From positions 288,001-352,000 of the forward strand of contig CAWJJC010000028.1 of assembly GCA_963843145.1 (NCBI GenBank): a stretch of 64,000 nucleotides of DNA. The letters are read 5' to 3'. Each line of letters starts with the position of its first letter. The stretch's first letter is position 1. A model generated the notes under the pieces. It had not been told where the DNA came from. It searched no databases and worked only from the letters and a program-made list of their open reading frames with translations. Origin of the DNA: an uncultured delta proteobacterium (GTDB taxonomy: Bacteria > Desulfobacterota > RBG-13-43-22). Shown piece after piece: positions 20,316 through 30,094 of the stretch. Both the position numbers and the translations under genes were made by a program.

Positions 20316-20362
20316 TAAAAAAGGGGCTAACCCGTTACAATGGGGTTAACCCCTTGGTTTTT
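20316..20362 (-). terminator. Terminator downstream of tRNA-Pro
   Basis: Minus strand AAGGGGTTAACCC...GGGTTAGCCCCTTTTTTT. Confidence 0.65.
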
Positions 20363-20363
20363 C

Positions 20364-20440
20364 TGGTCGGGACGACTGGATTTGAACCAGCGGCCCCCTG
20401 AACCCCATTCAGGTGCGCTACCAGTCTGCGCCACGTCCCG
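20364..20440 (-). tRNA. tRNA-Pro (GGG)
   Basis: CGGGACGTGGCGCAGACTGGTAGCGCACCTGAATGGGGTTCAGGGGGCCGCTGGTTCAAATCCAGTCGTCCCGACCA cloverleaf with encoded CCA. Confidence 0.97.
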
Positions 20441-20533
20441 ATAACCAAAGAAGTTAACACATTTTAATTTTTTCTGTCAAGTTTTTCTGAAAATGGTCCA
20501 ATTATTAATGTGTTGCCAAGACGACGAAAGATC

Positions 20534-20633
20534 CGTCATTGCGACCCCGGACTGGATTCGGGGGAAGTAATCCCGATCTTGGCAAGTGGCTGAATATTGG
20601 GGATTGCTTCGTCGTTTCACTCCTCGCAATGAC
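20534..20633. repeat. GTCATTGCGA-type REP doublet
   Basis: Same organisation as 3670-3757. Confidence 0.75.
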
Positions 20634-20722
20634 AGACTTTAGGGGCTTATGGCGAGTTAATCAATGAGGGGCTCCCCAAAGGTTCTAAAGGACTGGACCG
20701 GAAATCCCGGTAGGGCCGCATC

Positions 20723-22386
20723 CTATTGTTTCAGAACAATGGGGAAAAACAAGGAGGAAACACATCCCGGCGCCCGGAAGGCCCCAATCCGGGAATTCCA
20801 TTGCGATGGACTGGTGGCGCTATAATATTCTCCGGTGTACCAGAAGGTGCAGTTGTCCACCGGATCCACGGTCATAGCGCTGTAATCTCCCCAGCGGTTG
20901 TTTCCTGTTTGCACTCCGCCTCCGGCTACCAGGATGGCCTCGCTTCCCAGGACGCCCGGCGGGTCGGATTCCCGGCGGGTGGTATAACGCAGGTCCGGGA
21001 AGATAGTCGATCCGGAAACGCTATAGCCCAGGGCGATATTTCCGGAACCGTCCAGGGCGATGCTGCCCATAAAGCGGTGGAGGGTATCCGGGGCAAAGGT
21101 CCCTTCCTGGTACAGGAACCAATCCCCGGTGGTCCGACGCAGCTCAAACCAACGGATCCCGGCCTGGCCGCCGCCGGCATCCACCGTAAAATTTCCCACC
21201 AGGGCTTCGTGGGAGGTGAAACGGCGATAAGGCAGCCGCCACATGGGCCATTCGGAGACCGCGTCCACGAGCGATCCGGGGGGCTCTTGCGGGATGCAGT
21301 CTTGAATGAAGAATCCGCAGACCGTATATTTGAAATCGGCGATCGGCAGGATCAGCGGGGCTGAAAAGGTCGAGTTCGCGGTATTGACCCAGTCGGCATG
21401 GAAAAAGCGAAGTTCCAGGCGGTTGGTGGTGACCCCGTGAGCCGGGAAGTCTTTATTTTTGAAGGTATAAAAATGGCCCGGGGCATTGGCGGGTGGGGGA
21501 GTGGTCCCATCCACGGTGGCCGGCATCAAAAAGTTCGTTTCTCCGGTAAAGCGGATGAACTGGGCCGCTTGGCCCAGGAGCATCTTTTCGCGCTCCAGAG
21601 CATAGGCGCTGTAGGTCGTTTCGTTGGCGCTCACATAGTAGGCGTCGGGCCAGACTCCCAATTTGAAATAATCCGGGCCTTCCGGAAAGGTAAATTCATA
21701 AAGATGATAGGATGTCGGACAGGGTCCGAAGTTCGGGAGACGGCCACACACAACCCGAAGGGCGCGGTTAATCTGAACTGGGCCAGGACCCAGCGGTCAG
21801 CCAGGGAGTCGAAGACCACCACCGGATCTCCTTCATTCGCGGCGGCACACAGGCCTCCAGCCACGCTCCACAAATCTTTAAAAAGGGTGGGAGCCTTGAT
21901 CTGATTTCCCTTTTTGTCGTAGATGCTGAAGTAGGTGCCATTGGTCATCTGGAGATAGTGGCGGGGGCCCACCGCGCCTATCGGGTCCGGCGGGCTCACA
22001 TGGCCCGAGCTTCCAATCCCATCTACCGAAACCTGAGGAGGCGGGGTCGGCTGCAAAAGGAGAGAGGCCTTTTGCCGGACGAGATCATCCGCCGGGGCGG
22101 GTTGCGATAAGGAGCCGGTTAAATCCGGATGGGGATTGCGGCGAGGGGGCCGATTTTCCCCGAGGAGGGCGCCGATGCGATCGGGCAAATCCCGAACCGC
22201 CGGACTCAACGCCGGTTTTGACGAGACCCCCACCCAGGGCCCGGAAATTTGGGATCGGGTGATTTGATTTCCGGGAATAGTCTGGGCCTGGGAAAAACCG
22301 GATAGCGAGGCCAGGAGCAGGACTGAAACAAAGATTACCGGAAACCCGCCGTGCGTTTGACCTGTTTTGCCTGAAAAGAACTTCAT
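20723..22386 (-). CDS. Secreted hypothetical protein, frameshifted near 21720
   Basis: Signal peptide; PPDPIGAVGPRHY and GDPVVVFD in ORF 21631..22386 continue into RWGDYSAMTVDPVDNCTFWYTGEY in ORF 20723..21751; ends LFFPIVLKQ. Confidence 0.75.
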
Positions 22387-22555
22387 GGATCTTCACCAAT
22401 CATCCGCGGAGCGATGTCCATGATCAAACAGCTTACTCATTGTGTTGTTCCGTACTCGTACACTTACTCGTACACGCAAATCTTCCCTGCAATGACCTGA
22501 ACATCTTATTAGAATAAAGCAAGAGGAGGAAAGAATAAAGACGAAATACTTGATC

Positions 22556-22584
22556 TTGACAGGAAGGGCTTTGGCTTTTATAGT
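22556..22584 (+). promoter_or_regulatory. Sigma70 promoter for the frhB-ior operon
   Basis: TTGACA-17-TATAGT. Confidence 0.65.
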
Positions 22585-22753
22585 GATCCGGCAAATAATG
22601 TTGGCCCCATTATGAGACTGATAATATTAAACGTGATGGCTTTGCAAAAAGTCGTTTAAAGATCCTTTTTCGGTAGATTCAATTAGTTGAAAAATAACTG
22701 GACCCCGGTTTTCACCGGGGTGACGACTATTTGGGAGTCCATTACAGGCAGGA

Positions 22754-23789
22754 GTGCCGGAGAGTTTGAACCAGACCATATCCGCCCAGGACAATTTAAT
22801 AAAGGGTGTTTTAAACCAAGACCTGTGCAGCGCCTGCGGGGCCTGCGTCGGACTGTGCCCTTATTTTGCTTTTTTCCGGGGGCGGGTGGTGGTCGTGGAT
22901 CGTTGCAGTCTGGCCGAGGGGCGCTGCGGCGCCTATTGTCCGCAACTGAATCCCGGGGATTGGCTGAAGCAGGAGGGGCTGGGTCCGGTTCAGGAGCAGT
23001 GGATGGCCCGGGCCCAGACCAGGTCCCTGCAACGAAAGGGGCAGTACGGGGGCACGGTTACCACCCTGATCCAATTGGCGCTGGAATTGGGCTGGATCCA
23101 GGGTGCGCTTGTTAACCGGGACCGGAAAGAGGGGCGAGCCCGAAGGGCGGATCTGCCGGACCCGGGCCGAAGTCCTGGCCTGCGCCGGGTCCAAGTATAC
23201 CGGGGCCGGTACGCTATCGGCCCTCAAGCCGGCCCTCGAGGCCAATGAGGGGAAGCTCGGCGCGGTGGGCCTGCCCTGCCAGATTACGGCCCTGAACAAT
23301 ATTCACGGCTACCTCACCCGGCAAGGGAGACCTTTTTCGGAGGCGATCTTAAAGATCGGACTTTTTTGCACCTGGTCTCTGCCTTTGAAAAAACTGCAAG
23401 AAAAACTCCGGGAGCAGGGGATTCATGATCCGGTGGTTAAATACGACATTCCCCCGCCCCCGGCGGAGGAATTCCAGGTTTTCACCCGGAAAAAGACCTA
23501 TACCCTCCCTTTGACCGAGATCCGGCCCCTGGTTCCCCGGGGCTGCCTGGCCTGTGGGGATATGACCGCCGAGGGGGCGGATATTTCCGTCGGTTCGGCC
23601 GAGGGGGTGCCGGGCTGGAATACGGTCCTGATTCGCTCGGAAAGAGGACGGCAGCTCTTTAAAGAGGCCCAATCCAAAAATCTGCTTGAAGTCAAACCGC
23701 TGCCGGAAACAAATGAAGGCCATCTGCGGACGGCGGCCGGGTTGAAGAAATCCAGGGCCCGCGCGCTGAGGGAGGAAATCCTTGCCTGA
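22754..23789 (+). CDS. Coenzyme F420 hydrogenase/dehydrogenase beta-subunit-like Fe-S flavoprotein, frameshifted near 23113
   Basis: CSACGACVGLCP and QYGGTVT in the first ORF; AGSKY, VGLPCQ, IGLFC and C..C.D.TAE.ADISVG in the second. Confidence 0.8.
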
Positions 23790-25674
23790 AATCCCGGATC
23801 AACTGTTGATGGGCAATGAGGCCATCGCCCGGGGGGCCCTGGAGGCCGGGATCTCCTTCGCGGCCGGTTATCCCGGCAATCCCTCCTCCGAGATCATCGA
23901 GACCTTGGCCAGGGAAGTGAAAAACCACCGGCTCTACGTGGAGTGGTCCATCAACGAGAAGGTGGCTCTGGAAGCGGCGGCGGCCGCCTCCTTTGCCGGA
24001 TTGCGGGCCCTGGCCACCATGAAGCAGAACGGGGTCAACGTGGCCTCGGACTTCATCACCAACCTGACCCTCTCCGGGACCGGGGCCGGTCTGGTGCTGG
24101 TGACCTGCGACGACCCCTCGGGACTTTCCAGCACCAACGAGCAGGACGCCCGGTTCATTGCCCGACTGGCCGATCTGCCGCTCCTGGAGCCCTCCTCCCC
24201 CCAGGAGGCCCTGGAGATGACCCGCTTCGCCTTTGACCTGTCGGAATCCATCGGCAATCTGGTGGTCCTGCGCAGTGTTTCCCGCCTTTCGCACACCCGC
24301 CGGAATTGTCGCGTAGGGGAATTGCGGCGCCGGGACCCCCGGCCGGTGGTTGATCTGAATAAATTATTTCATACCTTTCCGGTAATGGCCAGGCACCAGG
24401 CCATGCATGACAAACTCCGGCGAGCGGCGGAGCTCGGGGAGCAGTCCTCCTTCAACCGCCACGAAGGGCCGGACCGCGCCGAACTGCTGATCGTCACCTG
24501 CGGTTCCGGTTGGGATTACAGCCGGGAGGCCGTGGAACTGCTGGGCCTCGGCGACCGGGTCGGGGTGGCCAAGGTGGGAATGACCTGGCCTTTGCCGGTC
24601 GGTTGGCTGAGGCCTTATCTGGAGCAGGCGGGTAAACTCCTGTTCATCGAGGAAGTGGACCCCTTCCTGGAAGCGGGGGTTAAGGAATGGGCGGCCCAGA
24701 TCGGCCCGGAAATCGGGACCCGGACGTTTTACGGTAAGGAGAGCGGCCATATTCCCCAGTGGGGGGAACAGACCCCGGACCGGGTGATCGAGGCCTTAAC
24801 GCAAATCCTCGGCCTGGACTATCAGCCCCGGGAACCCGGCTACCAGGAGAAAATTTCCAGACTGGTCCAGGAGATGGTGCCGCCCCGGGAATTCGGTTTC
24901 TGTCCCGGCTGCCCGCATCGGGCCACCTACTGGGCCGTCAAAAACGCCCTGCAGCTTGACGGACGCGACGGATTTGTGGCCGGGGACATCGGCTGTTACA
25001 CTATGGCTATCGGACCCACGGGCTTCAACCAGATTAAATCCGTTCATGCCATGGGCTCCGGCCTGGGATTACTTTCCGGGTACGGTCAGTTGGGTACCTT
25101 TGGGTTTACCCAACCGGTGATCTCGGTGGTCGGCGATTCGACCTTTTTTCACGCGGCCATTCCGGCCCTGATCAACCTGGTCCATAACCGGGCCAGGGCG
25201 CTTGTTCTGGTTCTGGACAACCGGGCCACGGCTATGACCGGGTTCCAACCCCATCCGGGCCTGGAGACCAATGTTCTGGGTCAGGCGGTACCTTCCATCC
25301 CGGTGGAAAACCTGTGCGCCTCCCTGGGTTTGCCGGTGACCATTTTGGATCCCTATGACCTGGAGGGGACCAGCGAACATATTTTTCAAGCCTTGCAGGA
25401 AACCGAGGGGGTGCGAGTCCTGATCCTGCGCCGTGCCTGCGCCCTGGTTCAGGGCCGGGAGGGGGGGTACTCGTTTCGGATGCGGGTCAATGCCGAGCGC
25501 TGTCTGGGAGACGCTTGCGGCTGCAACCGCTACTGCTCCCGCGTTTTTCGCTGCCCGGGATTAATCTGGGATGAAAAATCGGGCCGGGCCGGGATCGATG
25601 AGGTTATTTGCGTGGGCTGCGGGGTCTGTACCCAGGTCTGCCCCCAACAGGCGATCGAAAAAGAGGAGCGGTAG
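23782..25674 (+). CDS. iorA: Indolepyruvate ferredoxin oxidoreductase alpha subunit
   Basis: MGNEAIARGA, WSINEKVALE, FCPGCPHR, GDIGCY, GDSTFFH and C-terminal ferredoxin motifs. Confidence 0.93.
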   Translation: MPEIPDQLLMGNEAIARGALEAGISFAAGYPGNPSSEIIETLAREVKNHRLYVEWSINEKVALEAAAAASFAGLRALATMKQNGVNVASDFITNLTLSGTGAGLVLVTCDDPSGLSSTNEQDARFIARLADLPLLEPSSPQEALEMTRFAFDLSESIGNLVVLRSVSRLSHTRRNCRVGELRRRDPRPVVDLNKLFHTFPVMARHQAMHDKLRRAAELGEQSSFNRHEGPDRAELLIVTCGSGWDYSREAVELLGLGDRVGVAKVGMTWPLPVGWLRPYLEQAGKLLFIEEVDPFLEAGVKEWAAQIGPEIGTRTFYGKESGHIPQWGEQTPDRVIEALTQILGLDYQPREPGYQEKISRLVQEMVPPREFGFCPGCPHRATYWAVKNALQLDGRDGFVAGDIGCYTMAIGPTGFNQIKSVHAMGSGLGLLSGYGQLGTFGFTQPVISVVGDSTFFHAAIPALINLVHNRARALVLVLDNRATAMTGFQPHPGLETNVLGQAVPSIPVENLCASLGLPVTILDPYDLEGTSEHIFQALQETEGVRVLILRRACALVQGREGGYSFRMRVNAERCLGDACGCNRYCSRVFRCPGLIWDEKSGRAGIDEVICVGCGVCTQVCPQQAIEKEER

Positions 25675-25708
25675 GTTTGACAGACTTTTTGCGAGGTCAT
25701 CAAGTTTC

Positions 25709-26329
25709 ATGATCCCGGATCTGTTCAAAGAACCGATCAATCTGATTATCACCGGAGTCGGGGGGCAGGGTAATGTGCTGGCCTCCCAGGTGCTGGGCCG
25801 GATGCTGATCCGTAAAGGGCTGCTGGTAACCATCGGGGAGACCTATGGGCTCTCCCAGCGGGGTGGGGCGGTTATGAGCCAGGTCCGAATTTCGGGTCGC
25901 AAGACCTACGGACCCATGATTCCCCAGGGTCAGGCCGATCTGGTCGCCGGTCTGGAACCCCTGGAGGTGCTCCGTACCTTGGGGCCTTACGGGCGTCCGG
26001 ATATCCAGGTTTTGACCAACGACCGCCCGATTTATCCGATCAACGTGCTCAGCGGGAGCTCGGTCTATCCGGGGACGGATAAAATCCATCAGACCCTGGA
26101 GGATCTGGCCCGAAAGGTCTGGTGGCTGCCGATTACCCGGGAGGCCCTGCAATTGGGCAACGCCATCTTGGCCAATATGGTCATGGTCGGCGCCCTGATC
26201 GGGACCGGTCTCTTGCCGCTGACGGCGGAAGACTTCACCCCTCTGGCCCAAAGTCTCTGGGATACCCAGCGCGCGGATTTGAATATCCGGGCCATAGAAA
26301 AAGGGGTTCAACTGGTTCGGAGCGTATGA
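25709..26329 (+). CDS. iorB: Indolepyruvate ferredoxin oxidoreductase beta subunit
   Basis: GVGGQGNV and ETYGLSQRGGAV motifs. Confidence 0.9.
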   Translation: MIPDLFKEPINLIITGVGGQGNVLASQVLGRMLIRKGLLVTIGETYGLSQRGGAVMSQVRISGRKTYGPMIPQGQADLVAGLEPLEVLRTLGPYGRPDIQVLTNDRPIYPINVLSGSSVYPGTDKIHQTLEDLARKVWWLPITREALQLGNAILANMVMVGALIGTGLLPLTAEDFTPLAQSLWDTQRADLNIRAIEKGVQLVRSV

Positions 26330-26568
26330 GCGAAAACACCTCCAGGGCGGGTTACGTGATCATCTACGGCCGGGACGGCTGACCGTTCACCCGAAAGGCC
26401 CTGGAGGCCTACCGACAAAAAGAAAGGGCCGTAGAATTTCATAATCCAGCGCTGGAAAAAGAGTTCCTGGAGGAATTCCTCCGGGTCTCGCCGGACCGAA
26501 AAATTCCGGTGATCGTGGAGGGGGATCAGGTGCGCATCGGTTTTGACGGCGCCTGAAAGCTGCGCTGA
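26326..26568 (+). CDS. Glutaredoxin-like selenoprotein with two Sec codons (UXX-star-like)
   Basis: MSENTSRAGYVIIYGRDG-U-PFTRKALE...RKIPVIVEGDQVRIGFDGA-U-KLR*; TGA at 26380 and 26554, each followed by a GC hairpin. Confidence 0.85.
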
Positions 26569-26609
26569 TCCGGCCGGTTCGGGCCGCGACTGATTTTGAA
26601 TGAAGGCCA

Positions 26610-27830
26610 ATGAAGGGGAAGGTCGTGGAAGAAGAGAATACTAGTAATAATACCAAAAAAGCAGGGTCGAAAAAAAAGCCGGTTATTATTATGGCGGGTG
26701 TGGCGCTCTTGGCGGTTATCGGCGGGTACCTCTATTGGCGGTACTCCCAAACCCATATTTCTACCGATGACGCCTATGTGGCCGGGTCCATCTATTCCGT
26801 TAGTTTCCGGATACCGGGGACCGTGAGCAAGGTATGGGTTCATGACAATCAACTGGTGGAATCAGGGCAGGAGCTGGTGACCCTGGACCCCGCTGATTAT
26901 GAAGTGGCCTATAAACAGGCCCAGGCCACTCTGGAAAACCTCAAGGCCCGCTGGGCTTCCGCCCGGATGGCGGTCCCTCTGGAATCCGACCAGACCCGGG
27001 CCCGGGTGGATGAATCCAAGGCCGGGGTAGGGACCTCCGAAAAAAACGTGGACGAAGCCCGGCAACAACTCCGGCGGCTGCAAGAAGAAACGAAAACCCA
27101 GCAGGCCCTCCTGGACAAGGCTACCTGGGATCGGGACCGCTTCAGCAAACTCTTCCAGCAGAAGGCCGTCTCCCGGCAGCAATACGACGACGCCCAAACG
27201 CAGTATGAGGTGGCCTTTTCGCGTCACCAGGGGTCTTTGGCCGCCCAACAGGCCCTGCAAAATTCCATTGCCGGTCTGGGCGAACAGATCAAGCGGGCCC
27301 AGGCCCAGGTGGTCTTTGCGGAGACCGGCCGGCAGGGGGTCAAGATCAAGAAACAGCAACTGGAGGCTGCCAAGGCGGAATTATCTTTGGCCGAGGCCCG
27401 GCTCGATCAGGCCCGGTTACAATTGTCGTATACCCGGATCCTGGCCCCGGCTCGCGGCCACATAACCAAAAAAAATGTGGAAGTTGGAAATTTGGTCCAG
27501 GCCGGACAGCCTTTGATGGCCCTGGTCCCTCTGGAAGACCTTTGGGTGGTGGCCAATTACAAGGAAACCCAGCTAAAGCGGGTGAAGAAAGGTCAAGAGG
27601 TGACCATCAAGGTGGATACCTTCCCGGGCAAGAAAATCAAAGGCCGGGTCGAAAGTCTCATGGCCGGAACGGGATCGGCCTTTTCCCTGTTCCCGCCTGA
27701 AAATGCTACCGGAAACTTCGTTAAGATCGTTCAGCGCCTCCCGGTCAAAATCGTACTGGAAAAGAACCAGGAACTCCCACCTCTGCGGGTCGGCATGTCG
27801 GTGGAACCCACCATCTTAGTAAAAGAATAA
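26610..27830 (+). CDS. emrA: HlyD/EmrA family membrane fusion protein
   Basis: STDDAYV, ANYKETQL and PPENATGNFVKIVQR motifs. Confidence 0.9.
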   Translation: MKGKVVEEENTSNNTKKAGSKKKPVIIMAGVALLAVIGGYLYWRYSQTHISTDDAYVAGSIYSVSFRIPGTVSKVWVHDNQLVESGQELVTLDPADYEVAYKQAQATLENLKARWASARMAVPLESDQTRARVDESKAGVGTSEKNVDEARQQLRRLQEETKTQQALLDKATWDRDRFSKLFQQKAVSRQQYDDAQTQYEVAFSRHQGSLAAQQALQNSIAGLGEQIKRAQAQVVFAETGRQGVKIKKQQLEAAKAELSLAEARLDQARLQLSYTRILAPARGHITKKNVEVGNLVQAGQPLMALVPLEDLWVVANYKETQLKRVKKGQEVTIKVDTFPGKKIKGRVESLMAGTGSAFSLFPPENATGNFVKIVQRLPVKIVLEKNQELPPLRVGMSVEPTILVKE

Positions 27831-27993
27831 CCAAAAATATTTGAATTTTTGGTTAGAAATCCGAAATCCGAATTTCGAAACTCGAAACAAATTCAAATGC
27901 TCCAATATCAAAATCCGAAACGTTTTGTTTTGATCATTTGGATTTTGGACCTTCGTGCTTGTTTCGGATTTCGTGCTTCGAATTTCGAATTTA
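27829..27993. repeat. Full heptamer-based long hairpin repeat inside the emrAB operon
   Basis: aaccaaaaat..atttttggtt cap, then GAAATCC/GAAACTC arm and mirror TTCGGAT/TTCGAAT arm. Confidence 0.85.
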
Positions 27994-28017
27994 GGTGTAA
28001 CCTGTCTGAAGGTCGGA

Positions 28018-29583
28018 ATGAATAACCAATCCTCAACGGCGCCTGCTCCCCCGGTCAATAAATGGCTCATTACCGTCACGGTCATGCTGCCGACGATTAT
28101 CGAGATCCTGGATACCAGCGTAGCCAACGTGGCCCTGGGGCATATGCAGGGTAGCCTGAGCGCCGGGCTGGACGAGGTGACCTGGGTCCTGACCTCCTAT
28201 CTGGTCTCAAATGCCATCATTATTCCCATCACCGGGTGGCTGGCCAGCACCTTCGGCCGAAAAAACTACCTGATCTTTTCCCTGGGACTGTTTACCATCA
28301 GCTCTCTCTTGTGCGGGGCCGCCCCCAACCTGCAAACCCTGATACTCTTTCGGATACTCCAGGGGATCGGCGGCGGGGCCCTCCAGCCCCTGGCCCTGTC
28401 TATCCTCCTGGAGACCTTTCCGCCGAAAGAACACGGCATGGCCATGGCCGTCTATGGAGTCGGGGTGGTCTTCGGCCCGATCGTGGGGCCTTTGTTGGGG
28501 GGATACATTACCGACAACTTGAGCTGGCGCTGGATCTTTTACATCAACCTCCCTCTGGGCGGGCTGGCCATCCTGATGACTTATTTCTTTATCTTCGACC
28601 CGTCCTATATTCGCAAGATCCAGACTAAAATCGACTATTGGGGCTTGGCGCTGCTTACCCTGGGTTTGGGGGCCTTGCAGATTGTCCTGGATCGCGGGGA
28701 GCGAGAGGACTGGTTTGACTCCACTTTTATCATCAGCCTTTCGATTATGGCCGTCGTTTGCCTGGCCTTATTCGTTTGGGTGGAAATCCGTCAGCCTTCT
28801 CCGGTGGTCCGGCTGCAGATTTTTAAGAATCGTTCCTTCAGTGCCGGAAACCTCATTATGTTTTTGTGTTTTTTCGCTTTCTTCGGCAGCATCGTGCTGC
28901 TGCCCGTCTATCTGCAGAGCCTGATGGGCTATACGGCCTTTTTAGCCGGTTTGGTCCTCGGCCCCGGAGGTCTTTCAACCCTGGTGATGATGCCTATCGT
29001 GGGACGGATGATCGGGAAGGTCGATTCGCGACTCATCCTCGGGTTTGGTATGCTGGTCAACGCCTACGCCCTCTATCTCATGTCCTCCTTTTCCCTGAAT
29101 GCCGACTTCTGGACCATTATCTGGCCTCGAATCCTTCAGGGCGTGGGGATCAGTTGTTTCTTCGTCCCCCTGTCCACTCTGACCTTGTCCAGCATTTCTA
29201 AACCGGAGATGGGGAATGGCAGCGCTATTTTCAACCTCTTGCGAAACCTGGGGGGGAGCTTCGGGGTGGCTTTCATCACCACCATGCTTTCCCGCCGGAC
29301 TCAGTTTCACCAGCACCATCTGGCCGAGGGCTTTTCGATTTTCGATTTCAAGCTGCAGCAGGCGCTACCGAATATCCAGCAGTTTTTGCAGGGAGCCGGG
29401 ATCGAAGGGACCACGGCCCAGCAGGGATCCCTGGAAACCCTCTATCGGCTGCTGCAAAGGCAGGCGGCCATGTTGGGGTTCAATGATGTTTTTTGGCTGT
29501 TGAGTCTTTTTTTTCTCGGCCTGATTCCTTTTATTGTCCTCATCCGCCGAAGAAGGGATGCTATTGCCGGGATCGGCCACTAA
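28018..29583 (+). CDS. emrB: DHA2/EmrB family MFS efflux permease
   Basis: LDTSVANVAL, WVLTSYL and WRWIFYINLP motifs; 14-TM-type pattern. Confidence 0.92.
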   Translation: MNNQSSTAPAPPVNKWLITVTVMLPTIIEILDTSVANVALGHMQGSLSAGLDEVTWVLTSYLVSNAIIIPITGWLASTFGRKNYLIFSLGLFTISSLLCGAAPNLQTLILFRILQGIGGGALQPLALSILLETFPPKEHGMAMAVYGVGVVFGPIVGPLLGGYITDNLSWRWIFYINLPLGGLAILMTYFFIFDPSYIRKIQTKIDYWGLALLTLGLGALQIVLDRGEREDWFDSTFIISLSIMAVVCLALFVWVEIRQPSPVVRLQIFKNRSFSAGNLIMFLCFFAFFGSIVLLPVYLQSLMGYTAFLAGLVLGPGGLSTLVMMPIVGRMIGKVDSRLILGFGMLVNAYALYLMSSFSLNADFWTIIWPRILQGVGISCFFVPLSTLTLSSISKPEMGNGSAIFNLLRNLGGSFGVAFITTMLSRRTQFHQHHLAEGFSIFDFKLQQALPNIQQFLQGAGIEGTTAQQGSLETLYRLLQRQAAMLGFNDVFWLLSLFFLGLIPFIVLIRRRRDAIAGIGH

Positions 29584-29712
29584 GCCCGGGATAGCAGTTG
29601 ACAGGCCGAAAAAAAATGAGGTATGATATCAGCCAGATTCGGAAAAAATCAGCAACTCTGAGGAACTTAAACAAGCCAAAACCAACGCCGTCAACTTTAG
29701 AATGAGAAAAAA

Positions 29713-29988
29713 ATGGACCAGGGAGAAGAAAAAATCATTGATTTGGTTGAGGTGGTCAACGAGGGAAAACCTGTTTCTCCGGCGCCACCGGACCCCCCTT
29801 CCCTGCGGCCTGACCTCCAATTGACCCCTGAATGGGAAGAGAAAATCGCCGACCTGGTTCATCGGGAAGTGGAGCGCCAGGTTCAATTGACCGTTCAGGA
29901 GCGTCTGGATAGCCTGGTTCGGGAGGTATTAGCCCGGGAAGCGGAAAAAGCGCTGGCTCGGGAAATAGAAGCCTTAAAAAAGGCCTAA
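29713..29988 (+). CDS. Small PopZ/RomR-C-like hypothetical protein
   Basis: EEKIIDLVEVV N-motif, Pro-rich linker, C-terminal LVREVLAREAEKALAREIEAL helix; TTGACA-18-TATGAT promoter at ~29598-29627. Confidence 0.7.
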   Translation: MDQGEEKIIDLVEVVNEGKPVSPAPPDPPSLRPDLQLTPEWEEKIADLVHREVERQVQLTVQERLDSLVREVLAREAEKALAREIEALKKA

Positions 29989-30094
29989 ATAATTTCTTAA
30001 AGCCAACGACGAATAGGTTGAAGGGGGGTTAAGGTATTAATCCCCCTTTATTTTAGGGGACCAAAAAAAACAGCGGCCCTCACAGGTTTTCGGA

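Noticed and set aside
11330-20363. Integrative element with an att duplication of the tRNA-Pro 3' end
   Set aside because: I found no second copy of the tRNA 3' end and no integrase here; only a decayed insertion hotspot can be claimed
27829-27993. Possible CRISPR array from periodic GTTTCG/GAAAC-like motifs
   Set aside because: Units are degenerate 7-mers forming a hairpin; there are no constant 25-40-bp repeats with unique spacers and no cas genes
29990-30094. T-box or riboswitch upstream of valS
   Set aside because: Only a simple hairpin; no T-box consensus and the region is too short
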